From contig CP086569.2 of NCBI GenBank assembly GCA_009914755.4, forward strand, positions 4,608,001 to 4,672,000: DNA of 64,000 nt, in the 5' to 3' direction. Under the pieces are notes generated by a model that saw nothing but the letters and a program-made list of their open reading frames with translations, searched no databases and was not told the origin of the DNA. The DNA is from the human T2T-CHM13v2.0 reference genome, Homo sapiens. The position numbers and the translations under genes are program-made. Below are positions 13,062 to 29,940 of the stretch, one piece after another. Within the stretch, counting starts at the first letter, position 1. Each line of letters starts with the position of its first letter.

Positions 13062-14080
13062 GGCTGGCAAGATGGCCAAATAGGAACAGCTCTGGTCTGC
13101 AGCTCCCAGCGAGATCAACCCAGAAGGACGGTGATTTCTGCATTTCCAACTGAGGTACCTATCTCGTCTCATTGGGACTGGTTAGAAAGTGGGTGCAGCC
13201 CACGGAGAAAGAGCTGAAGCAGGGTGTGCTGTCGCCTAACCCGTGAAGTGCAATGGGTCAGAGAACTCCCTCCCCTAGCCAAGGGAAGCCATGAGGGACT
13301 GTGCCATGAGGAACTGTGCATTCCAGCCCAGATATTACAATGAGATACAGTCTCATTCCAGTTAGAATGGTGATCATGAAAAAGTAAGGAAACAACAGAT
13401 GCTGGAGAGGATGTGGAGAAATAGGAATGCTTTTACACTGTTGGGGGGAGTGTAAATTAGTTCAACCATTGTGGAAGACAGTGTGACGATTCCTCAAGGA
13501 ACTAGAACCAGAAATACCATTTGACCCAGCCATCCCATTACTGGATATATACCCAAAGGATTATAAATCATGCTGCTATAAAGACACATGCACACATATG
13601 TTTATTGTGGCACTATTCACAATAGCAAAGACTTGGAATGAACCCAAATGTCCATCAACGATAGACTAGAAAAAGAAAATGTGGCATATATACACCATGG
13701 AATGCTATGCGGCCAATAAAAACGGATGAGTTCATGTTTTTTGCAGAGACATGTCTGAAGCTGGAAACCATCACCCTTAGCAAACTAACACAGGAACAGA
13801 AAGCCACACACTGCATGTTCTCACTCATAAGTGGGAGTTGAACAATAAGAACACATGGACACAGGGAGGGAAAAATCACACACAAGGGCCTGTCAGGGGG
13901 TGGGGGGCAAGGAGAGGGAGAGCATTAGGACAAATACCTAATGCATGTGGGGCTTAAAACCTAGATGACAGGTTGATAGGTGCAGCAAACCACCATGGCA
14001 CATGTATACCTATGTAACAAACTTGCACGTTCTGCACATGTATCCTAGAACTTAAAGTTTTAAAAAATAGACAAATAGCA
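13062..14080 (+). mobile_element. L1PA (mid-age, roughly L1PA6-8) with a large internal deletion: the first ~270 bp of the 5'UTR are joined near 13330-13340 to the distal ORF2 and 3'UTR.
   Basis: It starts gggctggcaagatggccaaataggaacagctctggtctgcagctcccagc (canonical L1 5' start). It then jumps to ORF2-end sequence (...ccagttagaatggtgatcatgaaaaag...ggatgtggagaaataggaa...) and ends with a 3'UTR (...gtaacaaacttgcacgttctgcacatgtatcctagaacttaaag). Confidence 0.8.
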
Positions 14081-14099
14081 CTATATTAAACTAAAAAGC

Positions 14100-15250
14100 T
14101 TCTGCACAGTAAATGAAACAATCAAAGAATAAAGAGATAACCTTTGAATGGGACAAAATATTTGCAAACTACTCATACAATAAGGGAATAAAATCTGGAA
14201 TATACCAGGAAATCAAACAACTCAACAATAAAGAAATAATAATCCTTTTTAAGTGGGCAAACCAAATAACTAGGCAATTCTCAAAAGAAGACATACAAAT
14301 GGCCAATAGGCATGTGAAAAATGCTCATTGTCACTAATCAGAGAAATGCAAACCAAAACCACAATGAGATATCGTGTTACCTTCGTTAGAATGGCTTCTA
14401 TTAAAATGACAAAAAGTAACACATATTGGCATGGATATGGAGAAAAGGGAACTCTATACGCTGCTGTATGGAATGTAAATTAATGCAGCCACTATGAAAA
14501 GAGTATGGACATTTCTCAAAAAACTGAAAATAGAACTACTACATGATATACCAATCCCACTATTGGGTATTTATCCCAAGGAAAGTATATCAATGTATCA
14601 AATGAATACCTGCATACACATGTTTATTGCAACACTATTCTCAATTGCAAAGATATGGAATAAACTTAAGTTTCCATCAATGGATTCATTGAGAAAGAAA
14701 ATGTGGTACATACATCATAGAATAATTTTTAGCCATAAAAAGAGTGAAACTGTGTGATTTTCAGAAATGGATGGAACTGGAGGTCATTATGTTAAATTAA
14801 ATAACACAGACACAGAAAGACAAATATTGCATGATCTCACACATGTGTGGGATCTAAGGAACTTGATCTCATGGAGATAGAGAATAGAATGATAGATACC
14901 AGAGTCAGGAAAAAGTATCAGGGTGTGAGGGGAAAAGGAAGAGTGGTTAGTGAATGGGTACAAATTTACAGTTAGGTAGAAAAAGTACATTTTAATGTTT
15001 GATAGCAGACTAGGGTGACTACACTTAGCAACGATATATTTTATATTTCAAAATAGCAAGAAAAGAGGACTAGAAATGTTACCAACACATGGAAATTATG
15101 AATACTCAAGGTGATGGACACTCCAAATACCTTGACTTCATCATTACCCATTCTATGCATGTAAAAAATACTAATATGTGCCCCATGAATATGTAAAATA
15201 TTATACATCAATAAAATAATAACTACAAAATGTAATATGAGTTACTTTTT
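14100..15250 (+). mobile_element. Old L1 (L1MA/L1PB-like) 3' portion: ORF2 end plus 3'UTR.
   Basis: ORF2 C-terminal motifs appear in broken frames (e.g. ORF-track entries at 14113-14337 and 14494-14757). The 3'UTR tail reads ...catcaataaaataataac. It is highly diverged from the young L1s. Confidence 0.7.
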
Positions 15251-15254
15251 TTGT

Positions 15255-17600
15255 AGATATATAAAATGTTATTCTAAAATTCATATGAAATATCAAAGGA
15301 CCCCTGTAGCCAAAACAACTTGGAAAAAACCAAGTTTAGTGGCTTCATGCACTTCCTGATTTCAAAACTTACTACAAACCCATGGTAATCATAACAGTGT
15401 GGTAATGGTATAAAGACAGATACATAGGCCAGTAGAATAGAATAAAGAGCCCAGAAACAAACCCTCACATAAATGTCAGGAAACACACAACCTCGATTTT
15501 ATTACACATTTTTCATTCATTACACACATATTAATATTTATACATTACCTCACATTATCACAATGATTTTCTACAAGGATATCATGACCATTTAATGGGG
15601 AAAGGACAATTTCTTTGACAAATGGTTTTGGGAAAACTGGATATCCACAGAACACATGCAAAAAGAAATTGGGCCCTTACCTTACACCATGTACAAAAAT
15701 TAACTCCAAATTGATCAGAGACCTAAACATAAAAGTTAAAACTAGAAAACTCTTAGAAAAAAAGAAGAAAACTTTAATGACCTTGAGTCTGGCAATGATT
15801 TCTTGTATAAAATACCAAAGGACAGGGAACAACGGAAAAAACTAGTTAAGTTGGACTCCATCAAAATTAAAAACTTTTTATATATTAAAGAATGCTGGTA
15901 AAAATGTGAAAAGGCAGTCTGTGGGATGGAAAAAATACTTGCAAATTTAATATATGATAAGAGATTGATATCTACAATACATAAAGAATTTCTGTAACTG
16001 GACAACAACAAAAAACAATCAACCCAATTAAGAATTGGACAAAGGACTCAAACATATCTCCAACATATATATATTCAAATGATTAATAAGCGCATGAAAA
16101 GATTCTTACTGTCCCTAGTCACTAGGGAAAAGCAAATCAAAACAAAATGAGATATCACTTCACTCTGTTAAGATGCCTACTGAAGAGCAAGGTGCCTGGT
16201 TAAAAACCTATGTGTAATTTTTCAGGCCAGACTGTAGACAACAACCTGACAGGCATCACAGGGGAAAATTGCCCTCTCTACACCAGATTTAAGGCAGAGC
16301 CATTTTATTACAGTCTCTAGAGAGAGTTGCAATCAAGTTCTCAGCCTCTCTTGTCTAGTCATGCTCATCACATATGTACACTCCTAGCCCTGGTGCCTTC
16401 ATTCTTCAATCTCTTTGTCTGAGACCTTTTGCAAAGGTTCTCTTCAAGCCCTTCTGCCAAGGCCTCCTAATGGGAGTAAGGAGGAGAAAAATTTGAAAGC
16501 ACTTTTCCACTCTGACTCAGTACCCAGTTCTTTTCCACTTCTAGCTTTCCCTTTAAGCCCAGAGACATAAAACTGCTAGAGCCTTTCATTTGGGAGCTTT
16601 CTCAACAGTAAGATACATCCCACTTTTGTACTGATTCAAGTGACCCTTCATGAGTGCACCAGGGGAAATGGAACACAGTGTGTTTGCACTGTTTCTGGTT
16701 TTAGCTTCTTGCTTATACCATTGCAGTAAGCCATTAAAGGATTCACTCTTTCATTTTTGGCTTGCTGCTTTAATCAGATATTCCCCCATCTAACAGCTCA
16801 GCATGCACTCTCTCTCTCTCTCTCTCCTCTTTCTCCCTCTAGTTCAGCTGAATTCCTGACACCTGTTATCTAAGAAAAGAAAACAAAGAAAAAAGAAACA
16901 GAAAATAACGAGTGTTAGTGAAGCTGTGGTGAAATTGGAACACTCATGCATTGCTGGTGGTAGTGTAACATGGTACAAGTGCTATGGAAAATGGTATGGC
17001 AATTCCATATACAATTATTACCATATGATCCAGCAATCCCAATTCTGGGTATATACCCAGTATAAGTGAAAGCAGGGACTCAAATAGATATGTATACACC
17101 ATTTTCATAGCAGCATTATTCACCATAGTCAAAAGATAGAAAAAATCCAGTGTCAATCAACAGATTAATGGATAAATAAATGTGGTAGGTACATACAATG
17201 GACTATTATCTAACCACAAAATCAAATAAAATTCTGACACATCTGATGATATGGAGAAACCATAGAGACATTATGCTAAGTGGAGACATTAAGCCAGTCA
17301 CCAAAGTAAAAATATTGTATGGTTCCTGTAACATGAGCTTTCCAGAGTAGACAAATTCATAGAGATAGAAAGTAGAATAATGGCTACTAGGGGCTGGTGG
17401 TCAGGAGAATGGAGAATTATTGTTTAATAGGCACAGACATTTGGTTTCTGGTGATAAAAAATCCTGGAGAAAAATAGTGTGATGATTACACAAGAAGGTG
17501 AATATACTTAATGCCATTGACCCATACACTTAAAAATAATTAAAATAGTGATTTTTATGCTACGTATATCTTACCACAATAGAAAATAATAATAAAAAAA
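15255..17600 (+). mobile_element. Old L1 (L1M-type) ORF2 3' half plus 3'UTR, interrupted by a ~690 bp foreign insertion at 16190-16880. It ends in an A-rich tail near 17590-17600.
   Basis: L1 ORF2 similarity is visible at 15280-16190 and 16880-17560 (e.g. ...cagcaatcccaattctgggtatatacccag...). The intervening block has no L1 similarity. Confidence 0.65.
16190..16880. mobile_element. Insertion inside the L1M copy, probably an LTR-type repeat fragment. The family is not assigned.
   Basis: It breaks L1 colinearity. It contains a (CT)n microsatellite at 16803-16822. No ORF. Confidence 0.3.
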
Positions 17601-17689
17601 AACTTGGGAATACTTGGAGGTGAAAGATTAATAATGAAGAAAATAAAATAATAATGAAATAAATAAAATGATGAAGAAAGTAAGGATAT

Positions 17690-18200
17690 ACATGAAGACA
17701 AAAGACTGACAGCAAAGAAAATATCAAAGAAAATAAAAAACATTGCTGAAAGAAATTAAAAGCAATGTAAATAATTGGAATGCTAGCCATTGTTAATAGA
17801 TTCAAAAACTTACTATTGTTAACATATCAATACTCCCCAAAGCTATGCTTGGTTTCAATGTAATTCTTATAAAAATCTAAATGATAGTTTCTTCAGAAAT
17901 AGACAAACTCTTCCTAACACTCATATGGAGTCACAGGGAAACCCAAATAGCCAAAACAATCTTGAAACGTAAACATGGAAGTGACAGATTTATAAACTAA
18001 AAACAACAAAATATTGGTGAAAGAAAGAAGACCCAAGTAAATGAAAAGATATCCCATGTCTTTGTATATTTTGCCACAAAAAAATAATATTCAATATAAT
18101 GAAATACTGAAACTTACAGAATAAATTATGTTAATTATGATATGCTAATATGTGCTATGATTAAACACCAAAATATCATTTGTTTAAAGTCAGTAAAGTC
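17690..18200 (+). mobile_element. Old L1 (L1M) ORF2 fragment.
   Basis: Motifs such as ...attgctgaaagaaattaaag...ctccccaaagctat..ttcaatgtaattc...aaacccaaatagccaaaacaatcttgaa... match the L1 ORF2 mid region. Confidence 0.5.
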
Positions 18201-18589
18201 TGTTTCTCCCTCATTACTACATGTTCTACAAGTCCATTGTTTAGATTGGAGAGAGGTGCTCTGCTTCACATAGTCCTCACTTAGGGACACAGTTTGACAC
18301 AGATTCTACTATCTGGACTGTTGCCACTTGCTTTGGGTGGTGGGAAATGGTATAAGGGAGAACAAGATACGTTTTTAAGAGCTTTACCTGGAAGTGACAC
18401 TCATTACTTTCACTCATATTTTATTGCCTGCTCAAGGTAATTCTCACAGCTACACCTATTTTCAAAGGGGAAGGGAGGTACAATTTTCGTTTGTATCCAG
18501 CAAGAGAGAAGAATGAGAAATACTGGTGAGCAGTGCTAACATCTTTCACCGTAGTTATTTATCAGTATTATTATAATCACATGTCTTAA

Positions 18590-18960
18590 TCCATTCATGC
18601 TGTTAAACTAGGATACCTGAGACTAGGTAATTCATAAAGAACAGAAATTTATTTTTCATTGCTCTGAAGCTTAGAAAGTTGGAGATCACGGCGCTGGCAA
18701 GTTTGGTCTTCTGTTGATAGCTGCTTTCTGTTCTCTGCTCCCAAGATGGTCCTTATTGTTGCATCCTCTGGATCGGGGAGAACACTGTGTCCTCACATGG
18801 CTGAAGGCAGAGGGGCAAGCACACCTAATGCTGCGTGAAGCCTCTTTTATAAGGGCCTTAATCTCTTTGGCCAGGTAAGTGCCCCCATGACCTAATCACT
18901 TTTTAAAGTCCCCATCTCTTAAAACTATTATATTGACAGAACCTGAATTTTGAAAGGGAC
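18590..18960 (+). mobile_element. LTR-retrotransposon LTR fragment (ERVL-MaLR-like family).
   Basis: It matches a common human LTR consensus in my memory (...tcttaatccattcatgctg...gtcctcacatgg..gaagg...ctcttttataagggc..taatc...atgacctaatcac......ccccatctc.taa.actatta.attg). Confidence 0.45.
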
Positions 18961-19610
18961 ACCTTCAAGCCATAGCACCACATTTACTCCACGTAAGCAT
19001 TTCATACACATAATCTCTCTTGAACCTCAGAATAAGTAATATTATTTTCACTGTACATATGAAGGTACTGTAGCTAATAAAGGTTAAACTGTTCAAAATT
19101 ATCACAGGAATAATAATAATGGAGCTTATCAATAATACTGTCAGTACCCATAGGGGAGATATTAAGAAACTCAGAGACAGGTCAGTATTTTTCACATCAT
19201 ACCACATAGGTAGCCATTCATTCATAAGGATGGGCCATATCATGAGTGAATATGGTCCAAATCATGAGTGAATAAAATGGGCTGGTAGGATGAGGTAGAC
19301 TAATGCTAGAAACATGGAAAATGTTCCTAAAGTGCAAATAGAGAAAAAAGGATGCTCTCTACTAATTATATACAATTTTCCACATGTTAATTTTAAGAAA
19401 ATACCACTACTGACTGAAAATTGGCTTGAAAAGGCTGACAGAACCAGGAATGCAGTTAGAAGGAGGACTGTTAAGGGTGATATTTCTCAGGTTAACAATG
19501 TCAGAATCCTCAAAACATATATGAGGGACGTAGAAACAAGAATTGACATTTTTATTGGAATATTCAAATATGGGTTTTAAAAATTATGTTAATTATGTTT
19601 CAGTGTTCTC

Positions 19611-19649
19611 CACTCACAATCCTAATAGTAATCCTAATAATAATCCTAA
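19611..19649. repeat. Short tandem repeat, about 12-bp unit aatcctaataat, roughly 3 copies.
   Basis: Direct reading. Confidence 0.8.
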
Positions 19650-20399
19650 TAATAATCCTTTATTTCCACATCTAATATTCAACCTTACATCTATTTTGTA
19701 TGTGTATCAGTTTTATTTTATTAAAACTTTCTAGCCCTAAAATTGAACTTCATTTCCTAAAGTATTTCCTAAATGGAAAAAATGATCTATTTTTTCTAAT
19801 TCTAAAAAAAGTAAAACACCTAAGAAATGAATGCAAGTATCATAGGAGATATTGCTGTATCAACAAAACAGTAGTGGACACATTGTCATAAAGTCAGAGG
19901 CTTTTGTTACTCAAAATGATATTACACATGTAAACACCCATGTTCTTCTGACAAACTGCTAACAAAAAAGAAAAATAACCTTTCGTCAAATTCCCCATTA
20001 TGGGTAGATTAGCAGAAAACCATGTGTCTGAGTGACAGGCATTCATCCAAGAGCAATGCTATGACTGTTTTTATTTTGTTTATGTAACATTTTTACTCAA
20101 AATGTTTAATATTTTATATTACACTTTAGGAAAAATTAAAACATACTTTATTTGCTAAAGAAATGAATCATTCTAAATGGATATGTACAAACCAGAATAT
20201 TGCAGCTTTAAATTTTATCACTTTTTGTTTCTTAATATGTTTCTATGTTTCTATACCTTCTCCATATCAATAGAAAGTCCTAGTTTATATTCAGTCCTTT
20301 ATTCGTAGGTAAATTTGCTACACAAAGGCAAGAGTATGAAAAGAAAGTGTTGTCAGAGAGTGTGATAAGATGTAGGAAGTGTCAACACAAAGAGTCAAA

Positions 20400-20410
20400 C
20401 TCTAAAATAT
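20400..20410. repeat. Left target-site duplication of the antisense young L1 (CTCTAAAATAT).
   Basis: The same 10-12 bp motif recurs at 26445-26455, immediately outside the L1 5' end. Confidence 0.8.
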
Positions 20411-20635
20411 ATATATATTTTTTTTTTTTTATTATACTCTAAGTTTTAGGGTACATGTGCACATTGTGCAGGTTAGTTACATATGTATACATGTGCCATG
20501 CTGGTGCGCTGCACCCACTAATGTGTCATCTAGCATTAGGTATATCTCCCAATGCTATCCCTCCCCCCTCCCCCGACCCCACCACAGTCCCCAGAGTGTG
20601 ATATTCCCCTTCCTGTGTCCATGTGATCTCATTGT

Positions 20636-24460
<3,825 letters not shown>

Positions 24461-24522
24461 ATGATGTTAGCTGGTGATTTTCCTCATTAGTTGATGCAGT
24501 TTCTTCCTAGTCTCGATGGTCT

Positions 24523-25539
24523 TTACATTTTGGCATGATTTTGCAGCAGCTGGTACCGGTTGTTCCTTTCCATGTTTAGCGCTTCCTTCAGGAGCTCTTT
24601 TAGGGCAGGCCTGGTGGTGACAAAATCTCTCAGCATTTGCTTGTCTATAAAGTATTTTATTTCTCCTTCACTTATGAAGCTTAGTTTGGCTGGATATGAA
24701 ATTCTGGGTTGAAAATTCTTTTCTTTAAGAATGTTGAATATTGGCCCCCACTCTCTTCTGGCTTGTAGGGTTTCTGCCGAGAGATCCACTGTTAGTCTGA
24801 TGGGCTTTCCTTTGAGGGTAACCCGACCTTTCTCTCTGGCTGCCCTTAACATTTTTTCCTTCATTTCAACTTTGGTGAATCTGACAATTATGTGTCTTGG
24901 AGTTGCTCTTCTCGAGGAGTATCTTTGTGGCGTTCTCTGTATTTCCTGAATCTGAACATTGGCCTGCCTTGCTAGATTGGGGAAGTTCTCCTGGATAATA
25001 TCCTGCAGAGTGTTTTCCAACTTGGTTCCATTCTCCACATCACTTTCAGGTACACCAATCAGACGTAGATTTGGTCTTTTCACATAGTCCCATATTTCTT
25101 GGAGGCTTTGCTCATTTCTTTTTATTCTTTTTTCTCTAAACTTCCCTTCTCGCTTCATTTCATTCATTTCATCTTCCATTGCTGATACCCTTTCTTCCAG
25201 TTGATCGCATCGGCTCCTGAGGCTTCTGCATTCTTCACGTAGTTCTCGAGCCTTGGTTTTCAGCTCCATCAGCTCCTTTAAGCACTTCTCTGTATTGGTT
25301 ATTCTAGTTATACATTCTTCTAAATTTTTTTCAAAGTTTTCAACTTCTTTGCCTTTGGTTTGAATGTCCTCCCGTAGCTCAGAGTAATTTGATCGTCTGA
25401 AGCCTGCTTCTCTCAGCTCGTCAAAATCATTCTCCATCCAGCTTTGTTCTGTTGCTGGTGAGGAACTGCGTTCCTTTGGAGGAGGAGAGGCGCTCTGCGT
25501 TTTAGAGTTTCCAGTTTTTCTGTTCTGTTTTTTCCCCAT
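24523..25539 (-). CDS. L1 ORF1p, intact 338-aa reading frame (RNA-binding/chaperone protein of LINE-1).
   Basis: It runs from MGKKQNRKTGNSKTQSASPPPKERSSSPATEQSWMENDFDEL... to ...NNRYQLLQNHAKM at full length, with coiled-coil, RRM and C-terminal-domain regions uninterrupted. Diagnostic residues (V, V, V, I, L where L1HS has I, A, T, P) are the ancestral L1PA2/3 states. Confidence 0.9.
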   Translation of the reverse strand: MGKKQNRKTGNSKTQSASPPPKERSSSPATEQSWMENDFDELREAGFRRSNYSELREDIQTKGKEVENFEKNLEECITRITNTEKCLKELMELKTKARELREECRSLRSRCDQLEERVSAMEDEMNEMKREGKFREKRIKRNEQSLQEIWDYVKRPNLRLIGVPESDVENGTKLENTLQDIIQENFPNLARQANVQIQEIQRTPQRYSSRRATPRHIIVRFTKVEMKEKMLRAAREKGRVTLKGKPIRLTVDLSAETLQARREWGPIFNILKEKNFQPRISYPAKLSFISEGEIKYFIDKQMLRDFVTTRPALKELLKEALNMERNNRYQLLQNHAKM

Positions 25540-26445
25540 CTTTGTGGTTTTATCTACTTTTGGTCTTTGATGATGGTGATGTACAGATGGGTTTTCGGTG
25601 TAGATGTCCTTTCTGGTTGTTAGTTTTCCTTCTAACAGACAGGACCCTCAGCTGCAGGTCTGTTGGAATACCCTGCCGTGTGAGGTGTCAGTGTGCCCCT
25701 GCTGGGGGATGCCTCCCAGTTAGGCTGCTCGGGGGTCAGGAGTCAGGGACCCACTTGAGGAGGCAGTCTGCCTGTTCTCAGATCTCCAGCTGCGTGCTGG
25801 GAGAACCACTGCTCTCTTCAAAGCTGTCAGACAGGGACACTTAAGTCTGCAGAGGTTACTGCTGTCTTTTTGTTTGTCTGTGCCCTGCCCCCAGAGGTGG
25901 AGCCTACAGAGGCAGGCAGGCCTCCTTGAGCTGTGGTGGGCTCCACCCAGTTGGAGCTTCCCGGCTGCTTTGTTTACCTAAGCAAGCCTGGGCAATGGCG
26001 GGCGCCCCTCCCCCAGCCTCGCTGCCGCCTTGCAGTTTGATCTCAGACTGCTGTGCTAGCAATCAGCGAGATTCCGTGGGCGTAGGACCCTCTGAGCCAG
26101 GTGTGGGATATAGTCTCGTGGTGCGCCGTTTCTTAAGCCGGTCTGAAAAGCGCAATATTCGGGTGGGAGTGACCCGATTTTCCAGGTGCGTCCGTCACCC
26201 CTTTCTTTGACTCGGAAAGGGAACTCCCTGACCCCTTGCGCTTCCCAGGTGAGGCAATGCCTCGCCCTGCTTCGGCTCGCGCACGGTGCGCACACACACT
26301 GGCCTGCGCCCACTGTCTGGCACTCCCTAGTGAGATGAACCCGGTACCTCAGATGGAAATGCAGAAATCACCCGTCTTCTGCGTCGCTCACCCTGGGAGC
26401 TGTAGACTGGAGCTGTTCCTATTCGGCCATCTTGGCTCCTCCCCC
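25540..26445 (-). promoter_or_regulatory. L1 5'UTR: CpG-rich internal sense promoter plus antisense promoter (ASP) region.
   Basis: The L1 5'UTR has well-established Pol II promoter and ASP activity. It is CpG-dense here (e.g. 25960-26440). Confidence 0.7.
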
Positions 26446-26455
26446 TCTAAAATAT
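26445..26455. repeat. Right target-site duplication of the antisense young L1 (CTCTAAAATAT).
   Basis: It matches 20400-20410. Confidence 0.8.
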
Positions 26456-27000
26456 TTTAAGAGATTTATTCTGAGCCAAATTATGACTGACCAATGGCCT
26501 GTAACACAGGCCTCAGGAGACTGTAAGAACATGTGCCCAAGGTGGTTAGGCCACAACTTTGTTTTATGCATTTTATGGAGACATAAGGCATCAGTTAATG
26601 CATATATGATGTCCACTGGTTCAGTCCAGAAAGCAGAACAACTGGGAAGCAGGGGCTTCCAAGTCATGGGAGGATTCAAAGATTTTCTGATTGTGAATTG
26701 GTTGAAACAGTTATTACCAATAGAAAGGAATGTCTGGGTTGTGATAAGTGGTTGTGGAGACCAAGGTTTTGTCATGCAGATGAAGCCTCCAGGTAGCCGG
26801 CCTCAGAGAGAAGAGATTGTAAATGTTTCTTATCAGACGTAAAGAATCTGTTCTACCAGTAATTCCAAAAGGAAGAAGGGTGTAATTAAGCATGTCCAGC
26901 TCCCACTTCCCATCATGGCCTGACACTAGTTTTTCAGGCTAACTTTGGAATGCCCTTAGCTGACAGTAAGAGTTTATTTAGATGGTGAAGGGGCTTAGAA
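26456..27000. mobile_element. Possible old LTR/ERV-derived fragment that the young L1 inserted into. The family is not assigned.
   Basis: Only a vague resemblance to LTR-like consensus sequences. Overlapping ORFs of 136 aa (+) and 118 aa (-) have no recognisable domain. Confidence 0.2.
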
Positions 27001-29860
27001 TTTTATTTTTGTTTTACAGGAGATAGTATGGAATGGTAAAGAGGACATGATTAGGTATACAAAGATTTAATTCAGTCAGGCTGTAAGAAAAGCTGTAAGA
27101 AGTATCTACCAATCTTTTCTACTCTTCTTTCCACAGAAAACTCCCTTCTCATTTGTATGAGAGATAACACCCACTCCACTCACTCCTCACAACTCCCTAT
27201 TCTTAACAAATTAACTCACATGCAGATCTTATCAAATATTTAATGGAGAGGTATTTCAGGCTTAAAATAAAATATTTCCCCTAAGCATTTGCCTCATTTA
27301 TTTATTTTGTATTTGTTGACCCATATGTATTGAGAGCATTTTTCTTTCAGGCACTGTGTCAGCTATCATGAAAACAAGTAAATTTGTCTTATGCTACAAC
27401 TAAAGTGTAGACAGGGATCAGTAGGAGAATGGGGCAAAGCCTAATTACCTAGAGGAGTCAGGAAGGTATTCCCAGATAAAATGAAATTTAAGTTGTGTCT
27501 CCTGAACCAAGGAAATCCATTAGGACCTAAAGCATTCTAAAATTTCCTTAACATATTCACAATACAGAAAGTTGAGGATGGAGACATTTTTGTGTGTGGC
27601 AGAAAGTATTTGAAGACAAGGGAAGAGTAATAGCATCCCTCAAATAATAGCACAAATGTGGCCTTATATTCTGCATACTTGAAAGATGCCCCTTTCTTAC
27701 GTTATTTTAGGACGCATCTTCAGGAGGCCTGCACAACAGAGTACACTGTTTTCTGGCTCTGTTCCTTACCTCTCAGATAATTTAAATGGCACAGAGTCAA
27801 ATGAAACAAGAGAAAAATGCCAATATATATGGATGTGTTAAACCGTGAGAAGATATAACATAGCTATTTGAGTTGACAGAAAAGCATCAGATAAGTTTCA
27901 AGAAAAGTTTAAAGATAGATGAAAGTAAGGCAACTCAGTTCAGAAAAATATAACCTAAACTATTATATCTATGCTGTCATTTAAGGCCTAGGAACAGGAC
28001 TCAGGTCACTGTTGACTGTGAATTACTCCAGAAAATGATGAAAACAAAGGACTTTACTTACTGTGGAATTCTCATAGAATACAGTGGGGTTCAGTTACAC
28101 CTAAACCACACTAAATTTGGCAACTTCTGTTGGATAACTAAAAACAGAAAAGGAAAAAGCTAAAAGAAAGGCATATCGAGGAATTCAAAGGATGCTAGAT
28201 TATTTTTCTATATGAATTCAAACTTCATAAAAGACTAAGAACAAAACAGGATTAAAGCGTACTCTTTGACCTTTGAAAGAGATATGATGGTTATGATGAA
28301 AATGAAGATGACATCTCCAATTTAGTGAGTGTCAGACACTTGGTTGTTCAGTTTACATATAACATATATTATCTTCCTTTGGCCTTGCCACATGAAGCAG
28401 ATATAGTTTATAAATAGTAGAAATGCATTGTATAACCAGTGACAACTACGTAAATATGAACCTCCTCTGTTGTATGGTAAATACAAAATATAATAAAAGG
28501 TATTCTGTTTCTAACTAAATACCATATTTTTAATGCCTTTATAAGATCTGATTTCAGGAACTGCATGTAAATTTATTAGTATTTTAAATTAAAAATAAAT
28601 TCACTAATATAAGTGTAAAGAAATCAAGTGAGTTTAAATGTCTTAGATAAAATACATCTTTAATTTTTACTTCAGTATAGCTAATAAACAAATCCAGACA
28701 TGGCTCTTGTCAGATAGCTTTTTTCCTATTTGATTTTCCTTCCCTTGTACTTCCTGCACAGCTTTAACATGGCTCCCACAGCCATGCTTTTTCACAATGA
28801 TACGAAGTGTTGAAATTATCTCTTCTTTTTCAGTACACAAAAATATCATTCTACTGTACAACTTACCACCAAACCCTTATTCCCTGCAAGTTTACACTCA
28901 GGATAATCAGCTACTGTCTGAAGTCTCAAATTCTAGTGAAATGAAACATTTTTGTATTATACACATGCACTTATAATATATTCATTAACATGAATGTGCA
29001 TTATGATATAGGACATGGGAAATAAGGCATTTACTTGAGGAACTGCAAATATTTTACATTTGTTCAACAAACACGTTGAGAATTTACAATGTGCAAAGTA
29101 TTGTGGAAGTCTTTCTTCTTTCCTCTTCCCCCAGTAAAAATGTCCAGCTGTCTCGGCAGGAAAAGAGATTGAGAAGTATAATGAAAGCATACTCTCTGGT
29201 CCTTGTCATTACAGCACTTATCCATGAAGTTGCATGCTAGAAACAGGGAGTCAGTCTTTGTGAAAATTTTGGTCACCATCGCAGCTTTAGACTAGGCTGA
29301 AATAAAGAAAGAGTGTATAGGGTCTAGTCTCTTATCCAAAGCCAAGAAAATAGTTATTTCAAGTTTTTATTTTTAATAAGTGAAAGCATTTATTTCTGTA
29401 TCAAACTACATATATGTTTTATTAATAGAGAGTTTAATAGAATCATGGGTCTGGATAGCACATATTAGAAGACTTGAATTTTAGTACAGTCATAATAAGT
29501 AATTAATTTATAATAAGAGAGGGAAAAAAAGAACTTCAACCCCAATGCCACAAATAAAATAAAAATTTTAAAAAAATTATGAATGCATAGTATAAAATCA
29601 TGTAGTATATTTACTTAATTGAATACATATCAAAAATTGTTGCCTGTAAAGATTTTATGCATACATAATTTCACATAATTATATATATTTATATCATTGT
29701 ATTATAAATACAAAAATATTCATATAATTATAATTACATATAATTTTTAGAACTAGCTTCCTCTAAACAATAATTGAATTCAGAATAATATAAATCATGT
29801 TAAAGAAATATAACATAAATAATTAAAATTATAAGACAGCAGTTCAAAAGTTCAAATACC

Positions 29861-29865
<5 letters not shown>

Positions 29866-29919
<54 letters not shown>
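29866..29919. repeat. (TA)n microsatellite of about 22 units, followed by a short (CA)n.
   Basis: Direct reading. Confidence 0.95.
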
Positions 29920-29940
29920 TGCCTTAGGAGATAAAATTAT

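Noticed and set aside
16803-16822. The (CT)10 tract plus flanking sequence as a regulatory GAGA/CT element.
   Set aside because: It is a short microsatellite inside a repeat insertion within a dead L1. Nothing supports function.
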